Assembly (NCBI RefSeq): GCF_964355755.1
Contig: NC_092675.1
Coordinates: forward strand, 367,812 to 431,811
Length of the DNA stretch: 64,000 nucleotides
Source of the DNA: Antedon mediterranea
Taxonomy: Eukaryota > Animalia > Echinodermata
Direction of reading: 5' to 3'
Below, piece after piece: positions 1 to 14,698 of this stretch (position 1 is its first letter; the number at the start of each line of letters is the position of its first letter). The position numbers and the translations under genes are program-made. The notes beneath the pieces are model-generated. The model ran no database searches. It saw only the letters and a list, made by a program, of their open reading frames with translations, and was not told the origin of the DNA.

Positions 1-268
1 CAGGTGAAAAGGTGTAGATCTTCATTCTGGGAACTGGACAAATATACTTCAGGGGAAGGCATAGTTCCTAACATTAACAACAGAATATTTAAACATGATA
101 CATTTTCTAAGAATTACATGAAAATGTTTTCACAACAAAAATACTACGTATTACATTGTGTATTTTAACTAATAACAGTCCCACATTAAACATTACATGA
201 AATACACAAACCTTTTAAATGGAAATATGTGATAATATTAAAAATATAGTGACAAAATTGGTTCTTAC

Positions 269-392
269 CCTTGGTATCATGTACTTGTGGTCTCTGTGAG
301 CATCACCCTGTTTTGACGATGTTTCACTGTCCTTACGTTTACACAATTTACACAATTTTATTCTCTTCTTTTATCATCAATACCTCCGCCTA
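269..392 (-). pseudogene. Third degenerate exon of the CXXC pseudogene module (basic segment plus DHxY), repeated in every unit
   Basis: ttttacag|TAG... to ...ATG ATA CCA AGG|gtaaga, 124 nt (one base off frame). The 3' part reads KKRIKLCKL(C/R)KRKDSETSSKQGDAHRDH(K/T)YMIPR. Confidence 0.5.
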
Positions 393-1309
393 CTGTAAAA
401 TTCTCCTTCATGAGAAACAAAATACATATATATTTTTGTGTCTCAATGCTGTGTGTGATTAGGCTAATTTCACTACAACCATGTGTATGCAAATTTGGTG
501 TAATGGTTTTGTAACCAGCCTTTCAACTAACAATATTTTCAGTTGACTAACAATAGAACAGCAACGCCAAAAACAAACAGGTGAATTTTAAAAGAAATTT
601 TTAAAACTACTTGCATCAAAAAACATGTAAATTAAATTTAATCATGTTTTAAAATTACAAATCACAAATTATAAACTCTTGCCTATTGTACAAAAATGAA
701 GTTTTTAGCCCCGGGACAATTCGGCACACATAAATTCATCGGCTTTGATATGCGTTTTATAAGCATAAAATAAGCTTTTTTCCCCAAACTTTATTTTCAG
801 AGACAGACACTATGGGGTAGTACTACTAGGGCTAAAGATGCAATAAAGCAAACATTTTCTAAACATTGTCGAAAGTCATCATTTTTTAGTCATGCGAACG
901 ATGTAAACAAGTTACGCCCTTTGTTGCACGAAACAAAGTTTTCGAAGTAATAATTGAAAATAAAATTTTTTTTTTTTTAGCAATTTATTTGATATATTAT
1001 ATAAACATTGTCAATATTAATAAAATATGGATTGTTAAACACCTCTAAAAATGTGATAAATGTCAACAAAAATGAATATGAATTTGGTCTAAAGTTATAT
1101 GTTTCGGACCACAAAGTGATCTATCTAGCTATATATGTAGCTTTCTATCATAATTTACCATAAAACGTTTATTTAAGACAAGGAATGACTTGGTTTAATG
1201 TTTTTAAAGTATTATATATATTTATTATTTTTACAAATTGTCACAAATTATAGGAAAATGGTCTTTAGATAAGAAGTAAATAAATTCCTTAATTAAGTAC
1301 AGAACTTAC

Positions 1310-1643
1310 CAAAGACAATCCAATACATTGCTTTAACCTGCATTTCTCGCTAATCCTGTTTTGTCCGCCAAATTTCTTCGTATCCTGAATAAAGCATTCA
1401 CAATAATAATTTAAACAAATTATATTTAATATTCAACTAAAAAGGTAGCCATACATTATGTGGTGTTTGTTAGGGTATTGCTGAACTATGCAAATATAAA
1501 TAAAGTGGACACCTTATGACATAGATTTAATTTGCCATTAATCTAGTATACTAAAACAATCTACTAACCAAGGAGTAGTCACATTCCCCACAATCGTCTT
1601 GACGTTAGCAAGCATCACAGCATCCGTATCTACGTTTTGATTA
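1310..1643 (-). pseudogene. Two inactivated exons encoding a KFGG-type CXXC zinc finger (CFP1/MBD1-like); copies at 3788-4112, 6598-6931, 9076-9400, 12665-12998, 16079-16412, 18556-18889
   Basis: Exon 1643-1569 (ttttcag|..|gttagt, 75 nt) and exon 1384-1310 (ttcag|..|gtaagt, 75 nt) splice in phase 0 to *SKRRYGCCDAC*RQDDCGECDYSL/DTKKFGGQNRISEKCRLKQCIGLSL. This matches CxxCxxCx5CxxCxxCxDxxKFGGx7CxxxxC with two Cys lost (TAC, TCC) and in-frame TAA stops. Confidence 0.8.
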
Positions 1644-1671
1644 CTGAAAAGAAGGGTAAAAAAAAAAACAT

Positions 1672-2397
1672 AAACTGGCCTACTACTTACTTACGCAACC
1701 TGGCCTTCTACTTACTTACGCAACCTGGCCTGCTACTTACTTAGGCAACCTGGCCTGCTACTTACTTAGGCAACCTGGCCTGCTACTTACTTACGCAACC
1801 TGGCCTGCTACTTACTTACGCAACCTGGCCTGCCACTTACTTACGCAACCTGGCCTGCCACTTACTCACGCAACCTGGCCTGCCACTTACGCACGCAACC
1901 TGGCCTGCTACTTTCGCACGCAACCTGGCCTGCTACTTACGCACGCAACCTGGCCTGCCACTTACGCACGCAACCTGGCCTGCCACTTACGCACGCAACC
2001 TGGCCTGCCACTTACGCACGCAACCTGGCCTGCCACTTACGCACGCAACCTGGCCTGCCACTTACGCACGCAACCTGGCCTGCCACTTACGCACGCAACC
2101 TGGCCTGCCACTTACGCACGCAACCTGGCCTGCCACTTACTTACGCAACCTAGCCTGCCACTTACTGACGCAACCTGGCCTGCTACTTACGCACGCAACC
2201 TGGCCTGCTACTTACGCACGCAACCTGGCCTGCTACTTACGCACGCAACCTGGCCTGCTACTTGCATAACCTGACCTACTACTTACGTACGCAACCTGGC
2301 CTACTACTTACGTAAGCAATCTGGCCTGCTACTTACGCAACCTGGCCTACTTACGTACGCAACCTGGCCTACTACTTACGTAACCAGGCCTACTTAC
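1672..2397. repeat. 25-bp minisatellite array 1 (GCAACCTGGCCTGCYACTTACKYAC)
   Basis: Direct tandem repeats visible in the sequence. Confidence 0.97.
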
Positions 2398-2535
2398 ATA
2401 TATGTTATGGCAGTAATCCATGTGGTCCATCAGTCACCAGAATCTTATTTGTAGAGGACAAAAGCACACAGGTGAAAAGGTGTAGATCTTCATTCTGGGA
2501 ACTGGAAAAATATACTTCAGGGGAAGGCATAGTTC
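2398..2535 (-). pseudogene. Fourth degenerate exon (138 nt) whose 5' splice site is the edge of the 25-bp minisatellite
   Basis: aatgttag|GAACTATGC... to ...ATATAT|gtaagtagg. Length is divisible by 3 but it contains stops. Confidence 0.4.
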
Positions 2536-4136
2536 CTAACATTAACAACAGAATATTCAAACATGATACATTTTCTAAGAATTACATGAAAATGTTTTCA
2601 CAACACAAATATTACGTATTACATTGTGTATTTTAACTAATAACAGTCCCACATTAAACATTACATGAAATACACAAACCTTTGAAATGGAAATATGTGA
2701 TAATATTAAAAATATAGTGACAAAATTGGTTCTTACCCTTGGTATCATGTACGTGTGGTCTCTGTGAGCATCACCCTGTTCTGACGATGTTTCAATGTCC
2801 TTACGTTTACGCAATTTACACAATTTTATTCTCTTCTTTTATCATCAATACCTCCGCCTACTGTAAAATTCTCCTACATATGAATTCATGAGAAACAAAA
2901 TACATATATATTTTTGTGTCTCAATGCTGTGTGTGATTAGGCTAATTTCACTACAACCATGTGTATGCAAATTTGGTGTAATGGTTTTGTAACCAGCCTT
3001 TCAACTAACAATATTTTCAGTTGACTAACAATAGAACAGCAACGCCAAAAACAAACAGGTGAATTTTAAAAGAAATTTTTAAAACTACTTGCATCAAAAA
3101 ACATGTAAATTAAATTTAATCATGTTTTAAAATTACAAATTTCATATTATAAACTCTTGCCTATTGTACAAAAATGAAGTTTTTAGCCCCGGGACGATTC
3201 GGCACACATAAATTCATCGGCTTTGATATGCGTTTTATAAGCATAAAATAAGCTTTTTTCCCCAAACTTTATTTTCAGAGACAGACACTATGGGGTAGTA
3301 CTACTAGGGCTAAAGATGCAATAAAGCAAACATTTTCTAAACATTGTCGAAAGTCATCATTTTTTAGTCATGCGAACGATGTAAACAAGTTACGCTCTTT
3401 GTTGCACGAAACAAAGTTTTCGAAGTAATAATTGAAAATAAAATTAGGTTTTTTTTAGCAATTTATTTGATATATTATATAAACATTGTCAATATTAATA
3501 AAATATGGATTGTTAAACACCTCTAAAAATGTGATAAATGTCAACAAAAATGAATATGAATTTGGTCTAAAGTTATACGATTCGGACCACAAAGTGATCT
3601 ATCTAGCTATCTATGTAGCTTTCTATCATAATTTACCATAAAACGTTTATTTAAGACAAGGAATGACTTGGTTTAATGTTTTTAAAGTATTATATATATT
3701 TATTATTTTTACAAATTGTCACAAATTATAGGAAAATGGTCTTTAGATAAGAAGTAAATAAATTCCTTAATTAAGTACAGAACTTACCAAAGACAATCCA
3801 ATACATTGCTTTAACCTGCATTTCTCGCTAATCCTGTTTTGTCCGCCAAATTTCTTCGTATCCTGAGTAAAGCATTCACAATAATAATTTTAAAAAATTA
3901 TATTTAATATTCAACTAAAAAGGTAGCCATACATTATGTGGTGTTTGTTAGGGTATTGCTGAACCATGCAAATATAAATAAAGTGGACACCTTATGACAT
4001 AGATTTAATTTGCCTTTAATCTAGTATACTAAAACAATCTACTAACCAAGGAGAAGCCACAATCGTCTTGACGTTAGCAAGCATCACAGCATCCGTATCT
4101 ACGTTTTGATTACTGAAAAGGGTAAAAAAAAAACAT

Positions 4137-5212
4137 AAACTGGCCTACTACTTACTTACGCAACCTGGCCTGCTACTTACGCACGCAACCTGGCCTGCTA
4201 CTTACGCACGCAACCTGGCCTGCTACTTACGCACGCAACCTGGCCTTCTACTTACGCACGCAACCTGGCCTTCTACTTACTTAGGCAACCTGGCCTTCTA
4301 CTTACTTACGCAACCTGGCCTGCTACTTACGCACGCAACCTGGCCTGCTACTTACTCACGCAACCTGGCCTGCTACTTACGCACGCAACCTGCCCTGCTA
4401 CTTACGCACGCAACCTGCCCTGCTACTTACGCACGCAACCTGGCCTGCTACTTACTCACGCAACCTGGCCTTCCACTTACGCACGCAACCTGGCCTGCCA
4501 CTTACGCACGCAACCTGGCCTGCCACTTACGCACGCAACCTGGCCTGCCACTTACGCACGCAACCTGGCCTGCCACTTACGCACGCAACCTGGCCTGCCA
4601 CTTACGCACGCAACCTGGCCTGCCACTTACGCAACATGGCCTGGTACTTACTTACGCAACCTGGCCTGCTACTTACTTACGCAACCTGGCCTGCTACTTA
4701 CGCACGCAACCTGGCATGCTACTTACGCACGCAACCTGGCATGCTACTTACACACGCAACCTGGCCTGCTACTTACTTACGCAACCTGGCCTGCTACTTA
4801 CTTACGCAACCTGGCCTGCTACTTACGCACGCAACCTGGCTTGCTACTTACGCACGCAAACTGGCCTGCCACTTACGCACGCAAACTGGCCTGCCACTTA
4901 CGCACGCAACCTGGCCTGCCACTTACGCACGCAACCTGGCCTGCCACTTACGCACGCAACCTGGCCTGCCACTTACGCACGCAACCTGGCCTGCCACTTA
5001 CGCACGCAACCTGGCCTGCTACTTACTTACGCAACCTGGCCTGCTACTTACTTACGCAACCTGGCCTGCTACTTACTTACGCAACCTGACCTACTACTTA
5101 AGTACGCAACCTGGCCTACTACTTACGTAAGCAATCTGGCCTGCTACTTACGCAACCTGGCCTACTTACGTACGCAACCTGGCCTACTACTTACGTAACC
5201 AGGCCTACTTAC
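4137..5212. repeat. 25-bp minisatellite array 2
   Basis: Direct tandem repeats. Confidence 0.97.
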
Positions 5213-6959
5213 ATATATGTTATGTTATGGCATTAATCCATGTGGTCCATCAGCCACCAGAATCTTATTTGTAGAGGACAAAAGCACACAGGTGAAAAGG
5301 TGTAGATCTTCATTCTGGGAACTGGACAAATATACTTCAGGGGAAGGCATAGTTCCTAACATTAACAACAGAATATTTAAACATGATACATTTTCTAAGA
5401 ATTACATGAAAATGTTTTCACAACAAAAATACTACGTATTACATTGTGTATTTTAACTAATAACAGTCCCACATTAAACATTACATGAAATACACAAACC
5501 TTTTAAATGGAAATATGTGATAATATTAAAAATATAGTGACAAAATTGGTTCTTACCCTTGGTATCATGTACTTGTGGTCTCTGTGAGCATCACCCTGTT
5601 TTGACGATGTTTCACTGTCCTTACGTTTACACAATTTACACAATTTTATTCTCTTCTTTTATCATCAATACCTCCGCCTACTGTAAAATTCTCCTTCATG
5701 AGAAACAAAATACATATATATTTTTGTGTCTCAATGCTGTGTGTGATTAGGCTAATTTCACTACAACCATGTGTATGCAAATTTGGTGTAATGGTTTTGT
5801 AACCAGCCTTTCAACTAACAATATTTTCAGTTGACTAACAATAGAACAGCAACGCCAAAAACAAACAGGTGAATTTTAAAAGAAATTTTTAAAACTACTT
5901 GCATCAAAAAACATGTAAATTAAATTTAATCATGTTTTAAAATTACAAATCACAAATTATAAACTCTTGCCTATTGTACAAAAATGAAGTTTTTAGCCCC
6001 GGGACAATTCGGCACACATAAATTCATCGGCTTTGATATGCGTTTTATAAGCATAAAATAAGCTTTTTTCCCCAAACTTTATTTTCAGAGACAGACACTA
6101 TGGGGTAGTACTACTAGGGCTAAAGATGCAATAAAGCAAACATTTTCTAAACATTGTCGAAAGTCATCATTTTTTAGTCATGCGAACGATGTAAACAAGT
6201 TACGCCCTTTGTTGCACGAAACAAAGTTTTCGAAGTAATAATTGAAAATAAAATTTTTTTTTTTTTAGCAATTTATTTGATATATTATATAAACATTGTC
6301 AATATTAATAAAATATGGATTGTTAAACACCTCTAAAAATGTGATAAATGTCAACAAAAATGAATATGAATTTGGTCTAAAGTTATATGTTTCGGACCAC
6401 AAAGTGATCTATCTAGCTATATATGTAGCTTTCTATCATAATTTACCATAAAACGTTTATTTAAGACAAGGAATGACTTGGTTTAATGTTTTTAAAGTAT
6501 TATATATATTTATTATTTTTACAAATTGTCACAAATTATAGGAAAATGGTCTTTAGATAAGAAGTAAATAAATTCCTTAATTAAGTACAGAACTTACCAA
6601 AGACAATCCAATACATTGCTTTAACCTGCATTTCTCGCTAATCCTGTTTTGTCCGCCAAATTTCTTCGTATCCTGAATAAAGCATTCACAATAATAATTT
6701 AAACAAATTATATTTAATATTCAACTAAAAAGGTAGCCATACATTATGTGGTGTTTGTTAGGGTATTGCTGAACTATGCAAATATAAATAAAGTGGACAC
6801 CTTATGACATAGATTTAATTTGCCATTAATCTAGTATACTAAAACAATCTACTAACCAAGGAGTAGTCACATTCCCCACAATCGTCTTGACGTTAGCAAG
6901 CATCACAGCATCCGTATCTACGTTTTGATTACTGAAAAGAAGGGTAAAAAAAAAAACAT

Positions 6960-7685
6960 AAACTGGCCTACTACTTACTTACGCAACCTGGCCTTCTACT
7001 TACTTACGCAACCTGGCCTGCTACTTACTTAGGCAACCTGGCCTGCTACTTACTTAGGCAACCTGGCCTGCTACTTACTTACGCAACCTGGCCTGCTACT
7101 TACTTACGCAACCTGGCCTGCCACTTACTTACGCAACCTGGCCTGCCACTTACTCACGCAACCTGGCCTGCCACTTACGCACGCAACCTGGCCTGCTACT
7201 TTCGCACGCAACCTGGCCTGCTACTTACGCACGCAACCTGGCCTGCCACTTACGCACGCAACCTGGCCTGCCACTTACGCACGCAACCTGGCCTGCCACT
7301 TACGCACGCAACCTGGCCTGCCACTTACGCACGCAACCTGGCCTGCCACTTACGCACGCAACCTGGCCTGCCACTTACGCACGCAACCTGGCCTGCCACT
7401 TACGCACGCAACCTGGCCTGCCACTTACTTACGCAACCTAGCCTGCCACTTACTGACGCAACCTGGCCTGCTACTTACGCACGCAACCTGGCCTGCTACT
7501 TACGCACGCAACCTGGCCTGCTACTTACGCACGCAACCTGGCCTGCTACTTGCATAACCTGACCTACTACTTACGTACGCAACCTGGCCTACTACTTACG
7601 TAAGCAATCTGGCCTGCTACTTACGCAACCTGGCCTACTTACGTACGCAACCTGGCCTACTACTTACGTAACCAGGCCTACTTAC
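6960..7685. repeat. 25-bp minisatellite array 3 (same variant order as array 1)
   Basis: Direct tandem repeats, offset 5288 from array 1. Confidence 0.97.
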
Positions 7686-9424
7686 ATATATGTTATGGCA
7701 GTAATCCATGTGGTCCATCAGTCACCAGAATCTTATTTGTAGAGGACAAAAGCACACAGGTGAAAAGGTGTAGATCTTCATTCTGGGAACTGGAAAAATA
7801 TACTTCAGGGGAAGGCATAGTTCCTAACATTAACAACAGAATATTCAAACATGATACATTTTCTAAGAATTACATGAAAATGTTTTCACAACACAAATAT
7901 TACGTATTACATTGTGTATTTTAACTAATAACAGTCCCACATTAAACATTACATGAAATACACAAACCTTTGAAATGGAAATATGTGATAATATTAAAAA
8001 TATAGTGACAAAATTGGTTCTTACCCTTGGTATCATGTACGTGTGGTCTCTGTGAGCATCACCCTGTTCTGACGATGTTTCAATGTCCTTACGTTTACGC
8101 AATTTACACAATTTTATTCTCTTCTTTTATCATCAATACCTCCGCCTACTGTAAAATTCTCCTACATATGAATTCATGAGAAACAAAATACATATATATT
8201 TTTGTGTCTCAATGCTGTGTGTGATTAGGCTAATTTCACTACAACCATGTGTATGCAAATTTGGTGTAATGGTTTTGTAACCAGCCTTTCAACTAACAAT
8301 ATTTTCAGTTGACTAACAATAGAACAGCAACGCCAAAAACAAACAGGTGAATTTTAAAAGAAATTTTTAAAACTACTTGCATCAAAAAACATGTAAATTA
8401 AATTTAATCATGTTTTAAAATTACAAATTTCATATTATAAACTCTTGCCTATTGTACAAAAATGAAGTTTTTAGCCCCGGGACGATTCGGCACACATAAA
8501 TTCATCGGCTTTGATATGCGTTTTATAAGCATAAAATAAGCTTTTTTCCCCAAACTTTATTTTCAGAGACAGACACTATGGGGTAGTACTACTAGGGCTA
8601 AAGATGCAATAAAGCAAACATTTTCTAAACATTGTCGAAAGTCATCATTTTTTAGTCATGCGAACGATGTAAACAAGTTACGCTCTTTGTTGCACGAAAC
8701 AAAGTTTTCGAAGTAATAATTGAAAATAAAATTAGGTTTTTTTTAGCAATTTATTTGATATATTATATAAACATTGTCAATATTAATAAAATATGGATTG
8801 TTAAACACCTCTAAAAATGTGATAAATGTCAACAAAAATGAATATGAATTTGGTCTAAAGTTATACGATTCGGACCACAAAGTGATCTATCTAGCTATCT
8901 ATGTAGCTTTCTATCATAATTTACCATAAAACGTTTATTTAAGACAAGGAATGACTTGGTTTAATGTTTTTAAAGTATTATATATATTTATTATTTTTAC
9001 AAATTGTCACAAATTATAGGAAAATGGTCTTTAGATAAGAAGTAAATAAATTCCTTAATTAAGTACAGAACTTACCAAAGACAATCCAATACATTGCTTT
9101 AACCTGCATTTCTCGCTAATCCTGTTTTGTCCGCCAAATTTCTTCGTATCCTGAGTAAAGCATTCACAATAATAATTTTAAAAAATTATATTTAATATTC
9201 AACTAAAAAGGTAGCCATACATTATGTGGTGTTTGTTAGGGTATTGCTGAACCATGCAAATATAAATAAAGTGGACACCTTATGACATAGATTTAATTTG
9301 CCTTTAATCTAGTATACTAAAACAATCTACTAACCAAGGAGAAGCCACAATCGTCTTGACGTTAGCAAGCATCACAGCATCCGTATCTACGTTTTGATTA
9401 CTGAAAAGGGTAAAAAAAAAACAT

Positions 9425-11299
9425 AAACTGGCCTACTACTTACTTACGCAACCTGGCCTGCTACTTACGCACGCAACCTGGCCTGCTACTTACGCACGCA
9501 ACCTGGCCTGCTACTTACGCACGCAACCTGGCCTTCTACTTACGCACGCAACCTGGCCTTCTACTTACTTAGGCAACCTGGCCTTCTACTTACTTACGCA
9601 ACCTGGCCTGCTACTTACGCACGCAACCTGGCCTGCTACTTACTCACGCAACCTGGCCTGCTACTTACGCACGCAACCTGCCCTGCTACTTACGCACGCA
9701 ACCTGCCCTGCTACTTACGCACGCAACCTGGCCTGCTACTTACTCACGCAACCTGGCCTTCCACTTACGCACGCAACCTGGCCTGCCACTTACGCACGCA
9801 ACCTGGCCTGCCACTTACGCACGCAACCTGGCCTGCCACTTACGCACGCAACCTGGCCTGCCACTTACGCACGCAACCTGGCCTGCCACTTACGCACGCA
9901 ACCTGGCCTGCCACTTACGCAACATGGCCTGGTACTTACTTACGCAACCTGGCCTGCTACTTACTTACGCAACCTGGCCTGCTACTTACGCACGCAACCT
10001 GGCATGCTACTTACGCACGCAACCTGGCATGCTACTTACACACGCAACCTGGCCTGCTACTTACTTACGCAACCTGGCCTGCTACTTACTTACGCAACCT
10101 GGCCTGCTACTTACGCACGCAACCTGGCTTGCTACTTACGCACGCAAACTGGCCTGCCACTTACGCACGCAAACTGGCCTGCCACTTACGCACGCAACCT
10201 GGCCTGCCACTTACGCACGCAACCTGGCCTGCCACTTACGCACGCAACCTGGCCTGCCACTTACGCACGCAACCTGGCCTGCCACTTACGCACGCAACCT
10301 GGCCTGCTACTTACTTACGCAACCTGGCCTGCTACTTACTTACGCAACCTGGCCTGCTACTTACTTACGCAACCTGGCCTACTACTTACGTAAGCAATCT
10401 GGCCTGCTACTTACTTACGCAACCTGGCCTGCTACTTACTTACGCAACCTGGCCTGCTACTTACGCACGCAACCTGGCCTACTACTTACGTAAGCAATCT
10501 GGCCTGCTACTTACGCACGCAACCTGGCCTGCTACTTACTAACGCAACCTGGCCTTCCACTTACGCACGCAACCTGGCCTGCCACTTACGCACGCAACCT
10601 GGCCTGCCACTTACGCACGCAACCTGGCCTGCCACTTACGCACGCAACCTGGCCTGCCACTTACGCACGCAACCTGGCCTGCCACTTACGCACGCAACCT
10701 GGCCTGCCACTTACGCAACATGGCCTGCCACTTACGCAACATGGCCTGGTACTTACTTACGCAACCTGGCCTGCTACTTACTTACGCAACCTGGCCTGCT
10801 ACTTACGCATGCAACCTGGCATGCTACTTACGCACGCAACCTGGCATGCTACTTACGCACGCAACCTGGCCTGCTACTTACTTACGCAACCTGGCCTGCT
10901 ACTTACGCACGCAACCTGGCCTGCTACTTACGCACGCAACCTGGCTTGCTACTTACGCACGCAAACTGGCCTGCCACTTACGCACGCAAACTGGCCTGCC
11001 ACTTACGCACGCAACCTGGCCTGCCACTTACGCACGCAACCTGGCCTGCCACTTACGCACGCAACCTGGCCTGCCACTTACGCACGCAACCTGGCCTGCC
11101 ACTTACGCACGCAACCTGGCCTGCTACTTACTCACGCAACCTGGCCTGCTACTTACTTACGCAACCTGGCCTGCTACTTACGCACGCAACCTGGCCTACT
11201 ACTTACGTAAGCAATCTGGCCTGCTACTTACGCACGCAACCTGGCCTGCCACTTACTTACGCAACCTGGCCTACTACTTACGTAACCAGGCCTACTTAC
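9425..11299. repeat. 25-bp minisatellite array 4 (array 2 with an internal block duplication)
   Basis: Rare variants (CAACATGGCCTGGTAC, GCAAACTGG) occur twice, near 9920/10145 and 10737/10961. Confidence 0.97.
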
Positions 11300-13022
11300 A
11301 TATATGTTATGGCATTAATCCATGTGGTCCATCAGCCACCAGAATCTTATTTGTAGAGGACAAAAGCACACAGGTGAAAAGGTGTAGATCTTCATTCTGG
11401 GAACTGGACAAATATACTTCAGGGGAAGGCATAGTTCCTAACATTAACAACAGAATATTTAAACATGATACATTTTCTAAGAATTACATGAAAATGTTTT
11501 CACAACACAAATACTACGTATTACATTCTAATAACAGTCCCACATTAAACATTACATGAAATACACAAACCTTTTAAATGGAAATATGTGATAATATTAA
11601 AAATATAGTGACAAAATTGGTTCTTACCCTTGGTATCATGTACTTGTGGTCTCTGTGAGCATCACCCTGTTTTGACGATGTTTCACTGTCCTTACGTTTA
11701 CGCAATTTACACAATTTTATTCTCTTCTTTTATCATCAATACCTCCGCCTACTGTAAAATTCTCCTTCATGAGAAACAAAATACATATATATTTTTGTGT
11801 CTCAATGCTGTGTGTGATTAGGCTAATTTCACTACAACCATGTGTATGCAAATTTGGTGTAATGGTTTTGTAACCACCCTTTCAACTAACAATATTTTCA
11901 GTTGACTAACAATAGAACAGCAACGCCAAAAACAAACAGGTGAATTTTAAAAGAAATTTTTAAAACTACTTGCATCAAAAAACATGTAAATTAAATTTAA
12001 TCATGTTTTAAAATTACAAATCACAAATTATAAACTCTTGCCTATTGTACAAAAATGAAGTTTTTAGCCCCGGGACGATTCGGCACACATAAATTCATCA
12101 GCTTTGATATGCGTTTTATAAGCATAAAATAAGCTTTTTTCCCCAAACTTTATTTTCAGAGACACTATGGGGTAGTACTACTAGGGCTAAAGATGCAATA
12201 AAGCAAACATTTTCTAAACATTGTCGAAAGTCATCATTTTTTAGTCATGCGAACGATGTAAACAAGTTACGCCCTTTGTTGCACGAAACAAAGTTTTCGA
12301 AGTAATAATTGAAAATAAAATTAGTTTTTTTTTAGCAATTTATTTGATATATTATATAAACATTGTCAATATTAATAAAATATGGATTGTTAAACACCTC
12401 TAAAAATCTGATAAATGTCAACCAAAATGAATATGAATTTGGTCTAAAGTTATACGTTTCGGACCACAAAGTGATCTATCTAGCTATCTACGTAGCTTTC
12501 TATCATAATTTACCATAAAACGTTTATTTAAGACAAGGAATGACTTGGTTTAATGTTTTTAAAGTATTATATATATTTATTATTTTTACAAATTGTCACA
12601 AATTATAGGAAAATGGTCTTTAGATAAGAAGTAAATAAATTCCTTAATTAAGTACAGAACTTACCAAAGACAATCCAATACATTGCTTTAACCTGCATTT
12701 CTCGCTAATCCTGTTTTGTCCGCCAAATTTTTTCGTATCCTGAATAAAGCATTCACAATAATAATTTAAACAAATTATATTTAATATTCAACTAAAAAGG
12801 TAGCCATACATTATGTGGTGTTTGTTAGGGTATTGCTGAACTATGCAAATATAAATAAAGTGGACACCTTATGACATAGATTTAATTTGCCATTAATCTA
12901 GTATACTAAAACAATCTACTAACCAAGGAGTAGTCACATTCCCCACAATCGTCTTGACGTTAGCAAGCATCACAGCATCCGTATCTACGTTTTGATTACT
13001 GAAAAGGGTAAAAAAAAAACAT

Positions 13023-14698
13023 AAACTGGCCTACTACTTACTTACGCAACCTGGCCTTCTACTTACTTACGCAACCTGGCCTGCTACTTACGCACGCAAC
13101 CTGGCCTGCTACTTACGCACGCAACCTGGCCTGCTACTTACTTACGCAACCTGGCCTGCTACTTACTTAGGCAACCTGGCCTGCTACTTACTTAGGCAAC
13201 CTGGCCTGCCACTTACTTAGGCAACCTGGCCTGCCACTTACGCACGCAACCTGGCCTGCCACTTACGCACGCAACCTGGCCTGCCACTTACGCACGCAAC
13301 CTGGCCTGCCACTTACGCACGCAACCTGGCCTTCCACTTACGCACGCAACCTGGCCTGCCACTTACGCACGCAACCTGGCCTGCCACTTACGCACGCAAC
13401 CTGGCCTGCCACTTACGCACGCAACCTGGCCTGCCACTTACGCACGCAACCTGGCCTGCCACTTACGCACGCAACCTGGCCTGCCACTTACGCACGCAAC
13501 CTGGCCTGCCACTTACGCACGCAACCTGGCCTGCCACTTACGCACGCAACCTGGCCTGCCACTTACGCACGCAACCTGGCCTGCCACTTACGCACGCAAC
13601 CTGGCCTGCCACTTACGCACGCAACCTGGCCTGCCACTTACGCACGCAACCTGGCCTGCCACTTACGCACGCAACCTGGCCTGCCACTTACGCACGCAAC
13701 CTGGCCTGCCACTTACGCACGCAACCTGGCCTGCCACTTACGCACGCAACCTGGCCTGCCACTTACGCACGCAACCTGGCCTGCCACTTACGCACGCAAC
13801 CTGGCCTGCCACTTACGCACGCAACCTGGCCTGCCACTTACGCACGCAACCTGGCCTGCCACTTACGCACGCAACCTGGCCTGCCACTTACGCACGCAAC
13901 CTGGCCTGCCACTTACGCACGCAACCTGGCCTGCCACTTACGCACGCAACCTGGCCTGCCACTTACTTACGCAACCTGGCCTGCCACTTACTTACGCAAC
14001 CTGGCCTGCCACTTACTTACGCAACCTGGCCTGCCACTTACTTACGTAACCTGGCCTGCCACTTACTTACGCAACCTGGCCTGCCACTTACTTACGCAAC
14101 CTGGCCTGCCACTTACTTACGCAACCTGGCCTGCCACTTACTTACGCAACCTGGCCTGCCACTTACTTATGCAACCTGGCCTGCCACTTACTTACGCAAC
14201 CTGGCCTGCCACTTACATACGCAACCTGGCCTGCTACTTACTCACGCAACCTGGCCTGCTACTTACTCACGCAACCTGGCCTGCTACTTACGCACGCAAC
14301 CTGGCCTGCTACTTACTTACGCAACCTGGCTTTCCACTTACTTACGCAACCTGGCCTGCCACTTACGCACGCAACCTGGCCTGCCACTTACTTACGCAAC
14401 CTGGCCTGCCACTTACGCACGCAACCTGGCCTGCCACTTACGCACGCAACCTGGCCTGCCACTTACGCACGCAACCTGGCCTGCCACTTACTTACGCAAC
14501 CTGGCCTGCTACTTACGCACGCAACCTGGCCTGCTACTTACGCACGCAACCTGGCCTGCTACTTGCATAACCTGACCTACTACTTAAGTACGCACCCTGG
14601 CCTACTACTTACGTAAGCAATCTGGCCTGCTACTTACGCAACCTGGCCTACTTACGTACGCAACCTGGCCTACTACTTACGTAACCAGGCCTACTTAC
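13023..14698. repeat. 25-bp minisatellite array 5 (long homogeneous core)
   Basis: Direct tandem repeats. Confidence 0.97.

Noticed and set aside
271-462. Repeated 63-aa ORF MVSCTCGLCEHH (also 5559, 11630, 15040)
   Set aside because: Starts at TTG, is antisense to the pseudogene exon, and is disrupted in type B units.
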